Below, one piece after another: positions 35,630-48,639 of a stretch of 64,000 bases of DNA (position 1 is the stretch's first letter; every line of letters starts with the position of its first letter). This stretch comes from Gekko japonicus. Taxonomy: Eukaryota. The notes under the pieces are model-generated. The model was not told the origin of the DNA, searched no databases, and saw only the letters and a list, made by a program, of their open reading frames with translations. The translations under genes and the position numbers were made by a program. The stretch covers positions 62,001 to 126,000 of the forward strand of contig NW_015168075.1 of NCBI RefSeq assembly GCF_001447785.1, in the 5' to 3' direction.

Positions 35630-37530
35630 AATGCTGAAATTAATTGTCTGATCTCTGCTAATTTATTTGTCTGATCTCTGCTAATGTGTCTTTATTGGAG
35701 GGCTTTTTTGTTATCTTGCTTTAATCTCTGGATTTTTTTCTACTATTATCTTGGTTTGTTTTGATTTTTCTATTTTCTACTTAGTGGCAGCTGCTAATAT
35801 GATTCTTTTAATAAAAGGTTTGCTTACTTCCCAAATTGCAGCTGAGCCAATTTATTTTGTATTATTTATTTTTAAAAATTCTTCCAGATCTTTTTTACAC
35901 TTGCTTATTACTTCTTCTTGTAGTAGAAGTGCATCATTTAATCTTCATCTACCTCTTGATTTTCTGTTCCATTGTCAAACTACTTCTATGGGATTATGGT
36001 CTGAAAATATTGTCAGTTGAATCTGCTTTGCCTCAATTTATTGTTAAGCTTTTTGATATCCACCACACATCTATTATTGAATGTATTTGATGTCTCTCTG
36101 AAAAGAATGCAAAATCTCTCCCTTTGGGTGCTTGGTTGGAAGACTTCTTGGTCTTCTAATTTCAGCAGTTCCAAATATTTGAATACATTTTTAAATTTCC
36201 CAGCTTTAAAATTCCTTGATCTATCCTTCTTTGGATCTAGTACTCCGTCTATGTCTCCAAAGATCATTATATCTTCATCTTGAGATTCTAACATATTTTT
36301 TTTTGGGGGGGGGATCTCAAAAATTTAACTTTAGCATCATTTAGCACATATTATTTCTATAGTATACACCTTGCTTTCTGGAAATCTCATTTTTTAAAAA
36401 AAGATATCTTCCATCTGGATCTCTTAGTTCTTCTAATACATCTAATTGTGGGTTACTTATATAAATGGCTACTCCACACTTTTTGTTTTGAGCTGAGGTA
36501 AGGTATACTTTACCTAATTTCTTATTATTTAAAATATGTCCATGTGTCTTTTTTTATGTGAGTTTCTTGTAGGCATAAAATATCTGCATTTTGGTTTTTA
36601 AGCTGATTAAAGGTTTTTGTACATTTTGAGGGAGCGTTCAATTCATTCATGTTTACTGATATATATCTGATATTAATGCCATGACCCTTTCTTCTTCTAA
36701 GATCTTAGTCTTCAAACTTTACTTTGAGTTGCTTGGAGATTTTCCCTTTAGTTCCTCTATGTAAATCCACTGCTTGCAGTTCTTCAAACAATTGCTTGGC
36801 ATGTTCTTCTGTTACAATTACTTTCCTTCCTTTTGGTAAATATACCTCTACTGCAAATGGTATTTTCCAGCAGTACTTTATTTCTTTCTCTTATAAAATC
36901 TGTTTCAGAAAATCAAAGTCTTTCCTTCTCCTTAATACACTTGTTGGTAGATTTTGAAAGATTTTCACTTCTTTTTCTGCTACTTTAAGTGGAGATTCTC
37001 TTTGCTTCTTCAACATTGCATCTCGTGCTTTCTTATGAGTGAAATGGACCAATATATCTTGAGGCTTGAATGCAAATTTTGAATTCACTCTAAATATCTG
37101 GTCAATATCTGGTCACTCTAAATATCTGGAAAATCTCCTTATGTCTTCAAATAATTTTGAAGCAGTTCATGAAAGCTCACTTCTAAATTTAGCCTCCCAA
37201 AGTCTTCTGGGATGCCTCTAAAATGCAGGTTATTTGATCTGCATTGGATTTCCAAGATCTCAGTTCTTTGTACTGCTTTCTCAAGCTGACAGTCTTGTCT
37301 TTCTAGATATTTATCATTACCTTTTTGCTTTTCTTTAATTCTTACAATTTCTTGTGATTGCTCTTGTAGTTTTACATTAATTTCTGATAGTCCAGCCGAT
37401 AAATCTTGATGTGCTTCTTGGATGTTCTTCTGGGTTCTTTCCTCAGATTCTTGAATATTTTTCTGGATACTCTGAATGCTCTTCTGGGTTCTTTCTTCAA
37501 ATTGTTGCATTTGATACACCAGATACACTA

Positions 37531-37800
37531 CAGTTTGGTGTATTGGTTAAGTGCGTGGACTCTAATCTGGGAAAACCGGGTTTGATTCCCCACTCCTCTA
37601 CTTGCACCTGGCTGGATGACCTTGGGCAAGCCGTATTTCTGACAAGAGCTGTTCTTGAGAAGAAAGAAGCAGTTTCTGTCAGAGCTCTCTCAGCCCCACC
37701 TACCTCACAGGGTGTCTGTTGTGGGGAGGGGAAGGGAAAGGAGTTTGTAAGCCTCTCTGAGACACCTTTGGGTAGCGAAGGGTGGGATATAAATCCTTCT
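37531..37800 (+). mobile_element. Squam3-type SINE inside L1 ORF1
   Basis: Same family as 10817-11093. Confidence 0.9.
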
Positions 37801-38157
37801 CCAATGTTCATAATAGCTTTTCCACCAGTTCTTCAATTCTTTGGTCTTCATCTGTTTCTTCTTCATTCCTTTTAGCTTTTTGACATGTTCAAGTTGCCAT
37901 TCTTCTTTTCAGTCTTTTATTTTAAAAATATTTAACAAACTTTCCATATACTATTTCCATACACTATTTTCTATACAAATATAGGAGTATAAAACTGTCA
38001 AATTGTATGTCATTGAAATAAACTAAACTATATATCCATTATAGTAAGAATTCATAACAATTAATAACTATTCTAAATATGAGTGATGGGAATTAAAAAG
38101 TGGATTATCTTCTATTCATGCTGTTTGTAGGAAATAATGATTATTCTTAGTAAGTGT

Positions 38158-38628
38158 TTTTTATTTATTTATGAATCACCCAATCCCTGCCACAGCAGGG
38201 CTCTGGGCAATGTATAATATCCATAAAGCAGAGACAAGATAAAACCAATTTAAACATTCCCACAATCATATGAAGAATAAATAGACAATCCCAATTCCAA
38301 CTACCAGCTACTTTGTGGGCAGAGGGGGAAAAGGTGAGGTAGATATAAATAACAGAGGAGGGTGCCAGCTAAGGTGGAACTAGTTCTGTCCTCAACCAAA
38401 ACCCTGGCAGAACATCTCCACCTTGCAGACCTTGCAGAATTGTATCAGATCCCACAGGGCCCTGAAGATGTTTGTCAGAGAGTTCCACAAGGCTGGGGCC
38501 AGGACTGAAAAGGCCCTGGCCCTGGTTGAGGACAGCTGGGTGTCTTTGGGGCTGGGGACCACCAGCAGATTGCTGTCTAAGAAGTGCATTACACTCCTGG
38601 GGACATAATGGAGGGGATGGTGCTATAG
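38158..38628 (-). mobile_element. L2 3' fragment
   Basis: LLVVPSPKDTQLSSTRARAFSVLAPALWNSL; (TTTA) tail. Confidence 0.85.
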
Positions 38629-39275
38629 GTCACTGACAGAACTGTTTCTTTGTCATCTGTTAAGATTTAAAATTAACAAAATGGGAGGGAATTAGTGAGG
38701 AGAATGGAAAAGAGTGGGAAGGGGGTAAAAACAGAAACAAAAGAAGATAGAAGAAATTGAGTAAAAATGAAACATTTTTATGTTTATGGCATGCACCTGA
38801 GTGTTCTTAGGAAACTCAAATGTGAGATTGTTGATCTGCTAACCCTTATATGTAACTTATCTCTAAATTTAGCTGCTGTACCAAAAGACTGGAGAGTAGT
38901 GTTGTAAAACACCCTGAGCCCTGCCTGCAGGGAAGGATCGTCTAAAAGTATAAAACAACAACAACAATGACAACAACAATAGTGAAAATTACACCAGTTT
39001 TTAAAAAGAGGCCCAGAGGGGAACCAGGAAATTATAGGCTAGTCAGCCTAATGTCTGTCCCCGGCAAATTAGTAGAAACTGTAATCAAAGATAGAATTAT
39101 TAGCCACATAGAGGAACAAAGCCTACTAAGCGAAAACCAGCATACTTTTTTCAAAGGGAAGTCCTGCCTCACAAGCCTTTTGGAGTTCTTTGAGAAAATG
39201 AACAAGCATGTAGACAATAGTGACTCAGTAGACATTATATACTTGGACTATCAAAAGGCTTTTCATACAGTCAGT

Positions 39276-39942
39276 GAATCATAGAATCATAGAGCTAGAA
39301 GGGAACTCCAGGGTCATCTAGTCAAACCCCCTGCACAATGCAGGAAATTTACCTACTCCCCCAAAGACCCAGTGACCCCTGTTCCACATCCAGAAGATGA
39401 CAAAAAACCTTCAGGATCTCCAACCAAACTGGCCAGGAAAAAAATTGCTTCCTGACCCCAAAGTGGCAATCAGCATTTCCTTGGGCATGTAAGAAAGGGC
39501 CACAAGAACTAAGCACTGATGCAACCCTTCCAGCCCTCCCTCTCATGTTCTACCTATGTTCATTGCTGTCAGATGGCTATCCCACCTCTGTTTGAAAATC
39601 TCCAAAGAAAGAGACCCCACCACCTCCCGAGGAAGCCTGTTCCACTGAGGAACTTCTCTGTCAGGATGTTCTTCCTAATGTTTAGCCAAAAGCTCTTTTG
39701 ATTTAATTTCACCCCATTGGTTCTGGTCAGACCTTCTGGGGCAACAGAAAACAACTCTGTACCATCCTCTATATGACAGCCCTTCAAGTACTTGAAGATG
39801 GTTATCATATCACCATTCAGTCATCTCCTCTCCAGGCTAAACATACCCAGCTCCTTCAACCAAGTCCTATGAGGTCTTCTCTTTGTTGCCCTCCTCTGGA
39901 CATGTTCCAGCTTGTCTATATCCTTCTTAAATTGTGGTGCTC
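39276..39942 (-). mobile_element. CR1 3' fragment (second family)
   Basis: MITIFKYLKGCHIEDG..LFSVAPEG.TRTNG.KL..FWLNIRKN; (GAATCATA)n tail. Confidence 0.9.
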
Positions 39943-40426
39943 GAGATACCTCACCAAAGACTCCTGAGTAAACTTATCAGTCATGGGATAAGCGGATGGG
40001 TTCTCTTATGGATTAAAAATGGGTTAAATTACAAAAAACAAAGAATGGAAATAAATGGACAGTTCTCACAATGGAGGGAAGTAAAGAGTGTGGTCCTACA
40101 AGAATTGGTATTGGGGCCAGTACTATTTAATTTGTTTATAAATGATCAGGAACTAGGATTGAGTAGTGGCCAAGTTTACATATGACACAACATTATTCAA
40201 GATGATTAAAAGTCTATTCAAGATGGTAAAAAGTCTATCAAGATTCATGGAGGATAAGTCTAGTCATGGTGAGTGAGGAAACCTCCACATTCAGAGGCAC
40301 TAAATCTCTAAATCCCAGAGCCAGGAGGCAACATCAGGGGATGGTCTCCGCCTCTATGCCCTGTAGTTGGCCTTCCAGAGGAACCGACCGGCCACTGTGT
40401 GAGACAGGATGCTGGACTGGATGAAC

Positions 40427-41775
40427 CATAAGAACACAAGAACATAAAAAACATAAGAAAAGCCAATGTTGGATCAAGCCAATAGCCCATCCAGTCCAAC
40501 ACTCTATTATACAGTGGCCAAAATACCAGGTGCCATCAGGAGGTCCAGCAGTGGGGCCAGGACACTAGAAGCCCTCCCACTGTTGCCCCCCCCCAAGCAC
40601 CAAGAATACAGAGCATCACTTGCCCCAGACTGAGAGTTCCTATCTATATGGCTAATAGCCACTGATGGACCTCTGCTCCATATGTCTATCCAATTCCCTC
40701 TTATAAGAACGTAAGTGAAGCCAATGTTTGATCACCACCTCCTGTGGCAGTGAATTCCATGTGTTAATCACTCTTTGGGTGAAGAAATACTTCCTTTTGT
40801 TAGTTCTAACCCAACTGCTCAGCAATTCCATTGAGTGCCCACGAGTTCTTGTATTGTGAGAAAGGGAGAAAAGTACTTCTTTCTCTACCTGCTCTATCCT
40901 ATGCATAATCTTGTAAACCTCTATCATGTCATGCCTGAGCTGTCCTTTCACCATGCTAAAGAGCCCCAAAAGCTTTAACCTTTCTTCATAGGGAAATTGT
41001 TCCAACCCTTTTATCATTCTAGTTGCCCTTTTCTGTACTTTTTCCAGTGTTATAATGTCCTTTCTGAGGTGTGGTGACCAGAATTGTACACAGTATTCCA
41101 AATGAGGTTGCACTATTGATTTATACAGGGGCATTATGATACTGGCTGATTTGTTTTCAATCCCCTTCCTAATAATCCCCAGCATAGTGTTGGCCTTTTT
41201 TATTGCAGTTGCACACTGTCTCGACATTTTCAGTGAGTTATGTACTACGACTCCAAGATCTCTCTCTCGGTCAGCCTCTGCCAGTTCAGACCCCATCAAT
41301 GTGTATTTATAGTTAAGATTTTTGGCCCCAATGTGCATCGCTTTGCGCTTGGCCACATTGAACCGCATTTGCCACATTGATGCCCTCTCACCCATCCTCA
41401 ACAGATCCCCTCTGGAGTGCCTCATAATCCTCCCTGGTTTTCACCACCCTGAACAATTTTGTGTCATCCATAAATTTAGCCACTTTACTTCTTACTCTCA
41501 GCTCCAAATAATTAATGAACAAGTTAAAAAGCATTGGATCCAGTACTGATATCTGCAATCTGAAAATTGCCCATTTATACTCACTCTCTGTTTCCTATTA
41601 ATTAGCCAATTTTTGATCCACAAGAGGACTTGTCCTTTTATCCCATGACTATTGAGCTAGTTAGGAGCCTTTGATGAGGAACTTTATCAAAAGCTTTCTG
41701 GAAGTCAAGGTAAACAACATCATTGGGTCCCTCTTGTCGACATGTTTGTTTACCTCCTCAAAGAATACTAACAGG
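40427..41775 (-). mobile_element. CR1 ORF2 3' part + 3'UTR
   Basis: 257-aa ORF at 40652-41425 (WQMRFNVAK..ERDLGV..YKSIVQPHLEYCVQFWSP..RKYFFTQRVINTWNSLP); (CATAAGAA)n tail. Confidence 0.93.
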
Positions 41776-42052
41776 TCTGATCCAGCAGGGGTCCTCTTAT
41801 GTTCTTATGTTCATGTGCAACTTTTATCAAAGCAAGTCCTACCCATAATATGGTCGCCATTACTTGGGAAATTTCTATGTGATGTGGTGTGCAATACAGA
41901 GTGAGGACACAAGGAGAAGCTCAGTGGCTATACACAGGTGTCAATCTGGTAATAAAAGTGTTCCATAGAAAAGTACCCAGGTACATGTACCAGAGTAGAC
42001 TCTTCCCTATTTTTACATGCTTACTTATGGAATTCATAATGCAACCGGTAGG

Positions 42053-42826
42053 TGTAGAACAGGTCTACTAAGCTGGTTTGCGGCTCCAGTTCTTAGGTGG
42101 GATGGAGAGGTTTGGTCCGATGCTGACAATCTCACATGAAATCATCACTCTTACAACAGATTTGGAAAATAAGTGGATTAAATTGGCAACAACTTTATTG
42201 ATTACCGCTGGCTTCAAGCCACAGGCATGGTTGCACTGGCCCCAGCGTCTCTGCGTCGCGTGTTCAGTCCATGCATCCCCTGCAGTGCCTGGCCCCCGTC
42301 AACTCTGCAGTGTGTGCACTGGCTGTGCCACCCCCAGTGGCTCCATGCTGCATGCTCGGGCTGACCCCAGTCGGCTCCACTCCACATTGGGATGCAGAAC
42401 CTCAGGGCGTCGAGCGAGTGGGTGCGTGTGTCGTCGGCACAGTCACCCAACCGCCCGGAGTCACACACCCCCCTCGCCACCTGCGGTGAGCGGGTTGGCT
42501 ATCCACCCTCTTCTCCCCTTTGATTGTGAAAGTTTGGGAGGGCAGCGACCGCAAGGCCTACTGCCCCCCCCATTACCTGGCAAAGGACAAGCTTCATGAA
42601 GGCCGGAGAAAGACTGGGTGGGGGAGGCGAGCGGCTGGTTCCCTCTTATAAATCTTCCCCTCCCACAGCCATCCCAGGGCTTTTCTATTGGGTTGGGGGA
42701 TGAGAGGGAGGACCTGGTTTTCCTGCCGCTCACCAACCCAACCCCCCTCCGGCATCCGTCCACCTTTCCCTCCCTGCCCAGTGCCGCAAATGTCAGGCCG
42801 TGCCGAGCCAGGCCCTTCTTGCTTTC
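42053..42826 (-). mobile_element. possible LTR-like element (CpG-rich)
   Basis: Minus strand starts TGAAAGC, with TTTATAAG (~42650) and AATAAA (~42195) in LTR order; the left boundary and TSD are not resolved. Confidence 0.4.
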
Positions 42827-44635
42827 AAGTTTACTAATGTGATTTGGGGTTGCTGTAGTTTTGAGTACAAATAAGCAGCAGTAACAACTGATGCAGTAAC
42901 ATCCTGAAGTAAAAAGAGATTTCAAAAAGGGATTGTGAGACACAGCTGTATATGGCTGCTTTGGATCTTGAGTTCTGCTGGGAGCCTTCATCCAGTATGT
43001 TGCTTTGCTCAGAGGCAAATGGCAGAACAGTGTCTAAATGGGTCCAGTGGAAAAGGCTGCTGTTGTTTCAAGGGATGCTTTCAATGCTTATTCTCCCAGT
43101 AGTACACTCTTCATTGCCAGAATGGAAGCACAGGTTGATGCCATAAATCATCCCTTCAAATTCACCTGGTGAGTTATTTTGTTATGGCAGAAAGCTGGTA
43201 TCTTTTCAACACAAACTTTTCCGAAGAAGCATCAAACCTCCCTTTTTCATCACCTATGACTTTTCTCCCCCAAGAGCAGCTTGTGGCAGTCACATTTTTT
43301 CTCAGGCAAGTGATAAATCATCAGCATGGGCTGCATCCAAAAAATGAAGACATATCTCCATAGAACGATTCCTGGATTGTGTGTGTTGGGCTCTGATCTC
43401 ACATCGGTACAACACTGTAATTGGCAGAGAATCACAAACAAGCCTTGGCATAATGGGCTTTTCATTTCTTTTTCATCTGCTGCATTAAAAAAGCAAATGA
43501 GCCTGGCAGAGTGGTTCTAGAGATGCAATAAATAGAACAAACGAGAAAGAGATTTGAATGATGAAAGGCACACACCTATTTTAGGTACATATACATTTCT
43601 CCTGATCTACCAGCAGCCCATATATTTTTATCCAGAGAAACTGATAGTGCCTACCACAACCTTTTAGCAAACAACAATATGTATCTCAGCCATTTATTAG
43701 CAGTTCCATAAAATAGTATGCAAATGTGTTGTTGACATTCCATAAAATAGTATGCAAATATTTTGTTATATTCTTAAATGCTTCTTGATTAGAACCCAGT
43801 AGACTGAACTGTTTCTTTAAGCTTAAAAACATCCCATTCCTTGACTCACTGCCTCGCTTGGCCTACAGTTCTCTGTTCCCCAGGAACTGTATTTTGCATT
43901 TTGTGTAGGATGCTTTGGTCTCACAGATGCCAAATGGAACTCACAAATCCCTTAAAAGGCTGAGAGCATAGCACAAATGTAGCATTTCTTATATTAAAAA
44001 TGCTGGATATTAATTTAAGATGGTACACTTCACTGACTGGCAATGATTCTATTACTGGTCTTTTGCATCACCTTCTACATGATTTTTTTAATTAGGACTG
44101 AACTTTTTGCATTTTGCCTGTATCACTGAGCCACACCCTCACCCTGGTCTGCTTTCTTATTTATAGCTTTAAAACTTTGATTATCTTAAACAACACATTC
44201 AAAAATCCAACTTACTCAGCTTTCAGTACCCATTTGCAACTCAAGTACCTATGCAATCATATTGCTATCATTTTCACAAATTATTTCAAAGATTCATGCT
44301 AGTTTTACATTTGTGGTGCTAGTTACATTTAGCATTATGCTAGCTGATGTATGCTCATAATTCACTGGATTGCATACATTCCAATGTTATGATAGGCAGG
44401 TAATAATATCTTCTAAAAATCAATATTTGCTGATTTTGTGTTTGTACATTCAGCAACATTAACATGTTGGCATACGGTCAGAATTTACTGATCAAAGCAG
44501 AGTTACCAAGTACAGGGGTAAAAATGTGCAAGTATTTGTGATCCAGTTTAGAACAATCATTGAACACTCTCTGTGTTGTGATAGGGATGATTTTTAATTT
44601 CTTATATCTGCTGTTTCAACTCCCAAATTCCAAAT

Positions 44636-44765
44636 TATTATTATTTGTTCAATTTGTACCCCGCCCTCCCCAGAAACAGGCTCAGGGCGGCTTACATTGG
44701 TTGGTACACAAATAACCATTAAAATCCATATTAAAAATATTTAAACAATTCAATTACAAATAAGA
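44636..44765 (-). mobile_element. L2 3' tail fragment
   Basis: CCCGCCCTCCCC..GGCTCAGGGCGGCTTACA with a (TTA)n tail. Confidence 0.75.
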
Positions 44766-45279
44766 ATGTATTGTTTCTCCCTTGGGCAATATTATCTGTG
44801 ATTCTGTATTTTCATGCCATTTTCATTTTACTTATATCAATTGTTTTACTGCACACCGTTTCCATCATTTCGATTGTTCTCTGTCAGGAGATCAGCATTA
44901 TATGTTGTCAGGCTCCAACTTGCATGTCTGCTGTGCCCTCTGGCACCCTCTCTCTGCAGGCTGCAAACAAAACCTCAATCACTGCGGGAAGTGGTATCTC
45001 ACCCCTTCCTCTCCCCTGACTGCAAGCTGGATGTCTGGCCCATGAAAGGGCTTGTGGTCCTTCTGGGAGTATTATTTATCATCATCATCATTATTAATTT
45101 TAAATTTCTAAATCACCCTCCCCTGGAAGGCTCAGAGTGGTGTACAAAATATTTAAGATATAATTCACTGTATAAATTAATTAATTTAAAAATCAGATAA
45201 TCGTAATTCTAATAAAACCTGTGGAACCATTCATTTTCTATCTTGGATGGCATTCTGCATGTGGTCACTTCCTCTAAGG

Positions 45280-45986
45280 CAGGGGTGGGCAAACTTCAGC
45301 TTGGGAGCCACATGTGGCTCTTTCACACATATTGTGTGGCTTCTGGCAGGGCAGCTGGGGAAACAAAAGGGAGGCATGCCTCCTTGATCGGTCATCCCTT
45401 CCCCAGCCAGTGTTCCCCTCCTTGAGTAGGCTTGAGGTGGGGGGAGCAAAAAGAAAGCAACTTTAACTTTACATGCATTCTCAAAGCCCCACACACACAC
45501 TGGCTGGCTTGGAGAAGGCATTTGTCTCTTTAAATTCCTTCTCCAAGCCAAGCCAGCCAGCATGGGGGTGGGGTGGGCATCTTGGAGGATACAGTTAAAG
45601 GTAAAATTGCTTTCTTTCCACCTCTTTCTTTCTTCCCACCTCCCTCCCTCCCTCCCATCTATTTGCTTTTCTTTGTTTCTCTTGCTCTTTCTTTCCATCT
45701 CTTTCAGTTTTTCCCCACCTCTCTCCCCCTTTCTCTCTCTCTCTCTTAGACAAATAAATATCATTACCAAACAAATAAATATCATTGGACAAATAAATAT
45801 CATTATCAATATCTGTTTTTACCCCTTTTGTTTTTATGTTTGGCAGTCTTATTTAATGTTAATAAAAACAAATTTGCATATTTTTCAATAAAACATGTGT
45901 GTAATATCTATTCATGTCTTGCAGCTCTCAAACATCTGATGTTTATTCTATGTGGCTCTTACATTAAGCAAGTTTGGCCACCCCTG
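45280..45986. mobile_element. non-autonomous hAT (Charlie-like) element, 707 bp
   Basis: TIR CAGGGGTGGGCAAACTT / revcomp CAGGGGTGGCCAAACTT; perfect 8-bp TSD CTCTAAGG (45272-45279, 45987-45994). Confidence 0.93.
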
Positions 45987-46113
45987 CTCTAAGGGATGGA
46001 GTTATGGGCCTGATGAGATGAAACACCATTTCTGTCCACAACCATAGGCCTGGTGGAACATCTTTGTTTTACACACCCTGAGAAACTGTACAAAGTCCCA
46101 CAGGGTGCAGGTG

Positions 46114-46481
46114 TAGGGTGTCCAAGTGTTACTCACGATTTAGCGGGGGGGGAGTCCTGGAACTCCCCGGGAGTCTTCTTGTGTGTGTGCTTTGCGCGCG
46201 TGCTGCTATGGCATCACCCGGAAGTGATGTGATCGCATCAGGCACCTTGGGGGCGGGGCCACAATCATTCGAGGGAAAACCATAGAGTTTCCCCTCGAAT
46301 GATAGAGCGTCCCCCAACAACGTGCCCAGCGCTATCATGTCACCTCTGGGTGACGTCTTCACGCTGGGCACATCATACACTTTGGGGGTGGGGTTTCCCC
46401 TGGCGGCCCAATCCAGGCCGGTGGGGAATGGGTCTCTTGAGTGGGGGTTTCCCTGCCCCCTGGGGGGACCTGGCATCCCTA
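46114..46481. mobile_element. hAT (Blackjack-like) MITE, same family as 28395-28662
   Basis: TAGGGTGTCCA...TGGCATCCCTA; shares CATAGAGTTTTCCCTCG and GGGGGTGGGGTT blocks; degenerate 8-bp TSD. Confidence 0.82.
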
Positions 46482-47092
46482 TGTGGATGTCTCCAGTTAG
46501 AGAGTTTCACCAGGCAGAAGCCAGGGCCAAAAAGGCTTTGGCTGTGGTTGAGGACAGCCAGACATTTTTTGGACCTGGGATCACCAGCAGGTTTTGATCT
46601 TGTGAGCTGTAATGTTTTTTGGGGGACATACTGGGAGAAGTGATCCTACAGTAACAGAGATGGTTGGGATCCTGGACTACGTCTTCTCTTCCTGCACCTC
46701 TGCTTCTTCTGCTGCCTTACAGAGCCTCCCTCCTGGCCTCTGCTGCCCTGAGATAGGTGGGAATACTGCTGACCTCATCTGTGCAATTGCCTGAAGGTGT
46801 GGTTTAGTGGCAGAGCTCTGTCTTCTCTCTGTGCTTTGGCCACCACTCCATTCCTCACCTACTCTCAGGTGGGATTCCCCTGGTGGCTTGCCATAGCTGC
46901 CTGTGCCACTCAACTAGGACCCTCTACCAGCCAAGGTTAGTTTGGGGTGGGAATCTCACCCTCAGAAACATGTACATTATAGTCATAAATTGCAGCCCCA
47001 GGAAAACAGAATGAGACTCAACACACTGCCTCCCCTAATTATCCTACACTCAAGGCAATGATTTAACTAGTCACAGCCTAGTCAAAGCTCAG

Positions 47093-47331
47093 TTTGTTTA
47101 TTTATTTAATTCATTTATACCTCACCTTTTACCCAATGGGGACCCAAAGTGGCTTACATCATTCATAACTCCTCCATTTGTCCTCACAACATTCCTGTGA
47201 GGTAGGTTAGACTAAGAGGGTATGACCGGCCCAAGCTCACCCAGTGAGCTTCCCTGGCATGAGTGGGGATTCAAACCTGATGTCTCCCAGATACTAGTCC
47301 AACATTCTTAATCACTACGCCATACTGGCTT
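47093..47331 (-). mobile_element. older Squam3-type SINE
   Basis: Revcomp similar to 16921-17170. Confidence 0.8.
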
Positions 47332-48639
47332 TCTAGCTGATCAGCACCTGTAACCCTTCTTATCCATAAACTGTATGCTATAGTTTTCCTAATAAAACTG
47401 ACCTTCCACTGTTACCACTTTGTCAGCAATTCGTGACATCACAGTAGATCAGTCAATAAAGGCAGGTACTCAACATCATCTCAGCCAATTGCTCAGGGGT
47501 AGGTAGGAGAACTTACAAAAAAGTGAATAGTTAATTTTTGCATTATAGAACAGCCCATCTAGCTGTGCTTTAGTTCATGTCTACCCATCAATAATCCATT
47601 ACAAAAAGTAATGCTGGGTGTTATAGCAAATAAGTGAAAGTGACTGTGCCATCTACAACCCCTGGCCTACAAATCCAGAGAGCTCCATTTATTAGAATGT
47701 TTTATATAAGTTCACAATTATAAAGGGGAAGTGACTAAAAAGAGTTAGGAAAGGAATCTATTATTCATACTTACGGCTCTTGAATGAAAAGAGTAAGACA
47801 TTCTGTTTTATTATTACTTCATTATAATTACAGCCATAACTGAATGTGTGCATACTGAGGAGGCTGCTGTTCTTCAAGAAATCTCATCCTATTACTAATT
47901 CATGTGCCATTTATTGGAATTATTGTGCAATAAGCTAATTCAAACATCGTAAGACCAAGTGCCACTTTTACAAATAATTCTCATTGTTATCTGGGGCCTG
48001 ATAGATTATGAGAGCCAGTTTTAAGAGTCTAACTGAAATAGACATAAAATGGGGGGGGCACCCTGAGCTCCGAGGGGGAACAGCAGAATAAAAATATAAT
48101 AGTTAGTATGTGCTGCACAAGACAACACAACCAGTAGTTTACATTGCAGCAGTAACTAAAGTGGCATTCTGTGTTTGGCAACTCTGTCCCACCTCCTGCT
48201 GACAGCCTGCGAGAATTCTTACTTCAAAGAAAGATATAGATGCTAGTTATTTCCCTAAACTGAGGTGGTGAGGAGAAATTATCTCTGCCACAGAAATCTA
48301 TAATAATATACAGTAAAAGAATGTGCTTGTCTGTCTGTCTATCTGTCTGTGATAGGCATAATGTCTTGGAAAATAAAGCTCAGAGCCTCAGCACTGGCCA
48401 CCAGCTTCAGGTAGATCACTGGAATTGCAGTGCTAAAAATGAAAGGAACTAGACCATCCTATTCCAGGTTACCTCCAGAATCCCCCCTACTTTCCCTTGT
48501 GGCATGTGCAATGGGAACAATGGTTTCTGAGTGTGGCAGTTATAGCTCAACAAAAAAATTATTCTAGGAGTTTCACAACTGGCTACCAACTTCAGAATGT
48601 TCACTGAAGTTGGAGTGACAAAAATGAAGGGACTCAGAA

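Larger units (their letters stand above)
29136..37950 (-). mobile_element. decayed near-full-length L1 hosting at least six nested insertions
   Basis: ORF1 ~37900-36700 (coiled coil; RSNNLHFRGIPE; PQDILVHF..VKIFQNLP..RRRKDF). ORF2 starts at 36682 (MALISDISVNMNELN..ILCLQETH; IMIFGDIDG; APGLDG; SYRPISLLNVDYKIF..DQTGF; CWECQ..FYHVWWTC) and ends ~32411. 3'UTR runs to ~29136. Confidence 0.88.
38788..41810 (+). mobile_element. CR1 LINE fragment (RT + 3'UTR) with three nested insertions
   Basis: [65 protein letters not shown]; 3'UTR at 40245-40426; the tail resumes at 41776-41810 (TCTGATCCAGCAGG..TTATGTTCTTATGTT). A short L2 tail is inserted at ~38901-38979. Confidence 0.88.
45072..46650 (-). mobile_element. 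L2 3' fragment interrupted by two hAT MITEs
   Basis: Tail at 45072-45140; GCCTGGTGGAACATC at ~46048; AAAAGGCTTTGGCTGTGGTTGAGG at ~46530, homologous to 38400-38600. Confidence 0.75.

Noticed and set aside
42078-43018. 173-aa and 185-aa ORFs
   Set aside because: They are GC-driven open frames with non-ATG starts and no recognisable domain.
43088-43175. Possible exon (TCTCCCAG ... CTG|GTGAGT)
   Set aside because: The splice signals are plausible, but there is no recognisable peptide or gene model.
43704-43761. Short direct duplications (also ~22728, ~37086, ~45750, ~57255, ~63171)
   Set aside because: Ordinary slippage duplications with no shared motif or spacing.
45231-45809. 192-aa charged ORF
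   Set aside because: It arises from CT-rich low complexity inside a non-autonomous hAT element.
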